Shown here: positions 61,831-64,000 of the stretch, piece by piece
Layout: each line of letters starts with the position of its first letter
Numbering within the stretch: the stretch's first letter is position 1
Origin: Octopus sinensis
Taxonomy: Eukaryota
DNA length: 64,000 nucleotides
NCBI RefSeq assembly: GCF_006345805.1
Contig: NC_043012.1
Span: 57,226,001-57,290,000 of the forward strand
Direction of reading: 5' to 3'
The notes under the pieces: model-generated
Told to the model about the DNA's origin: nothing
What the model saw: the letters and a program-made list of their open reading frames with translations, nothing else
The model's database searches: none
Position numbers and translations under genes: made by a program

Positions 61831-61984
61831 TACGTGACAATTAGTCAGTCGCCATAATAAAACTCGGTAGAAGTCTGCTCCAGCATCTCGTCTGTTATTA
61901 AGACAAACAAAAATGCTATGAAAATGACCGTTAAATAAAGGGAAAGCATGAGTTTTATTATGGCAACTGACTAATTGTTACATA
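61831..61984. mobile_element. Small MITE-like element with 29-35-bp terminal inverted repeats
   Basis: ACAATTAGTCAGTCGCCATAATAAAACTC (61837-65) vs 61950-78, one mismatch; TA at both outer ends. Confidence 0.65.
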
Positions 61985-62065
61985 TTGCAGATAAGTTCCT
62001 CATTTACATAATATCGAGGTCTTATTCATTCTTTTGTTGTCATGTTATTATTATTATTATTATTA

Positions 62066-62129
<64 letters not shown>

Positions 62130-62368
62130 TAAATAATATAGGGTTGAGTTCAGTTTGAACCTTTTTACTTTGGCGGGTTGTCTAAATTTAGATTTCTAAT
62201 AAAGATTCTTCATATTAAATTTGTAGCTTACTATGTTTTTTTTTTAAATATGAAAATTTTTACAAGAGCATTTATAGAACTCGTATCCTATATAAACTCA
62301 ACAAACAAAGATGGAGAAGAGAGGATGTTAAAATTTTATGAAATTTTAATAGATAGATATATAATATA

Positions 62369-62400
<32 letters not shown>

Positions 62401-62844
62401 ATCTCTTGTCAGTATATGTACTTTTATCATTGTTGACACAGCAGATAAAGTTACAGTTTGAGGTAAATTGCTGAATATATTAGGCGTTAAAAGAAGAGGA
62501 AGCAAGGCAATTTGTTTTGTTAATGAACTCATACTAATTTTAGATTTAGTAGAATAATGTCAGAGACCAGTTCCGAAATGCACAACAAAATTCTTTGACA
62601 TTTTAATTAGAGAACAAAAAACAGAAACTAATATAAGTGTACGTGTCATGATGACTTTTCCAGAATGTAACTTGTACTAAATCATATATACACATACACA
62701 CGTACACACATGCGTGCGCATGCACACACATACACTTCATTTGATTTTGTTGACTTAAAACGAATTTCATATTAATGTGAAGGATTACTCAATACTTTTA
62801 GTTAAAGTACATATTTGTAATTCTGTATTTGTGTGTGCTTATTT

Positions 62845-62879
<35 letters not shown>

Positions 62880-62982
62880 CATATACATATATAATCAAAT
62901 CTATATATGTGTGGTGTGTGTGGGTATGTATATATACATACACACACACACACACACATATATTTATATAAATATAAATACA

Positions 62983-63019
<37 letters not shown>

Positions 63020-63333
63020 ATATCTATCTACACACACACATATATATATATATGTATATATTATGTATATATATATATGTATATGTGTATAAATCTGTCT
63101 ACATATATATAGACACATATATATATATAATCTACACACACACACACACACATATATATATATGAAACTTACTTGGAAAAGGATGCGTGGCATTCGATCA
63201 TATAATAATATAAATAATATATAAATATATGCATATATACATACATGTATATATACAATATATGTAGGTATGTACATATATGTATGTATATATGCATACA
63301 TTTATATATTATTTATATATTATATATGTACTA

Positions 63334-63374
<41 letters not shown>

Positions 63375-63846
63375 AACAGGAAAATGTTTTAAATAAAAAA
63401 TTATTACATTGAATCTTTGCTTCATAACTTGGAGAAATATGCAACAGTTAGAAAATGGTAAAAAAAAAGACAAAAGAAAAGAAAAGAAGGAAAATGCCGA
63501 TATTAAAACCGTTGAAAATCCAAACGAATATCAGGGCGTGGCAGTAGTGGTAATGGTAGGGGTAGGGAAGTCCTCGAAATTTAATAACTAAAAATAAGAT
63601 ATATTTACAGAATATGAAATTAAAATATTTTACTGGTCTTATTTTTTTTTAAATATATTTTTTTTTAATATATTGTTTTACTATGTGGGCATCTAGTGGT
63701 GGTGGTGGTGGTGGCGGTGGTGATAGTAGTGTGAGGTTTACTTGTTAGAGAGAAATGTTTTTACAGCTGGATGCTTTTCCAACTTTCTAAGCCGCTCGAC
63801 CATGAAATAGGAGTAGAAACCAGTTTTGTGTGTGTGTGTGTGTGTT

Positions 63847-63879
<33 letters not shown>

Positions 63880-64000
63880 ATGTGTGTGTTAGTGCACATG
63901 TGTTTAGTCAGGCAAACTAGAGCAATCAGAATTAGATGTATTGCTCATGGTTGCAAAACATTAGGATGGAAGTGTGATTTGAACTTACATCTGTGCGATC

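Noticed and set aside
63160-63205. Minus-strand GTAAGT donor as candidate plexin 5' exon
   Set aside because: Flanked by microsatellite with no acceptor or promoter evidence; such hexamers are common by chance.

Overview
AT-rich animal genomic DNA dominated by microsatellites, SINEs and MITEs. The repeat families look like those of Octopus (coleoid cephalopod); this is inferred from recalled repeat sequences, not from a search. One host gene is visible: a divergent plexin-type Sema-domain receptor on the minus strand, with a large first coding exon (31313-30279) spliced in phase 0 across a 27.7-kb intron to a 201-nt exon (2566-2366). The gene continues beyond the left edge. Upstream of it, in antisense, is a 5'-truncated R4/Dong-clade retrotransposon (RT plus restriction-like endonuclease) whose remaining ORF is uninterrupted, sitting in (TAA)n, with two more R4-type 3' ends beside it. 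DNA transposon relics include a DD37D/maT element, mariner pieces, a hAT MITE with a perfect 8-bp TSD, and piggyBac-like and Helentron-like MITEs. The most interesting unexplained signal is a set of at least six unrelated short repeat families, each carrying a minimal type-I hammerhead ribozyme motif with a palindromic stem III. Several sit at the tip of fold-back inverted repeats and one follows a tRNA-derived SINE head. This suggests Penelope-dependent or retrozyme-like non-autonomous elements. Almost all other listed ORFs are microsatellite artefacts. I found no genuine tRNA, rRNA or CRISPR. Coordinates were counted by hand, and TE boundaries may be off by some bases.
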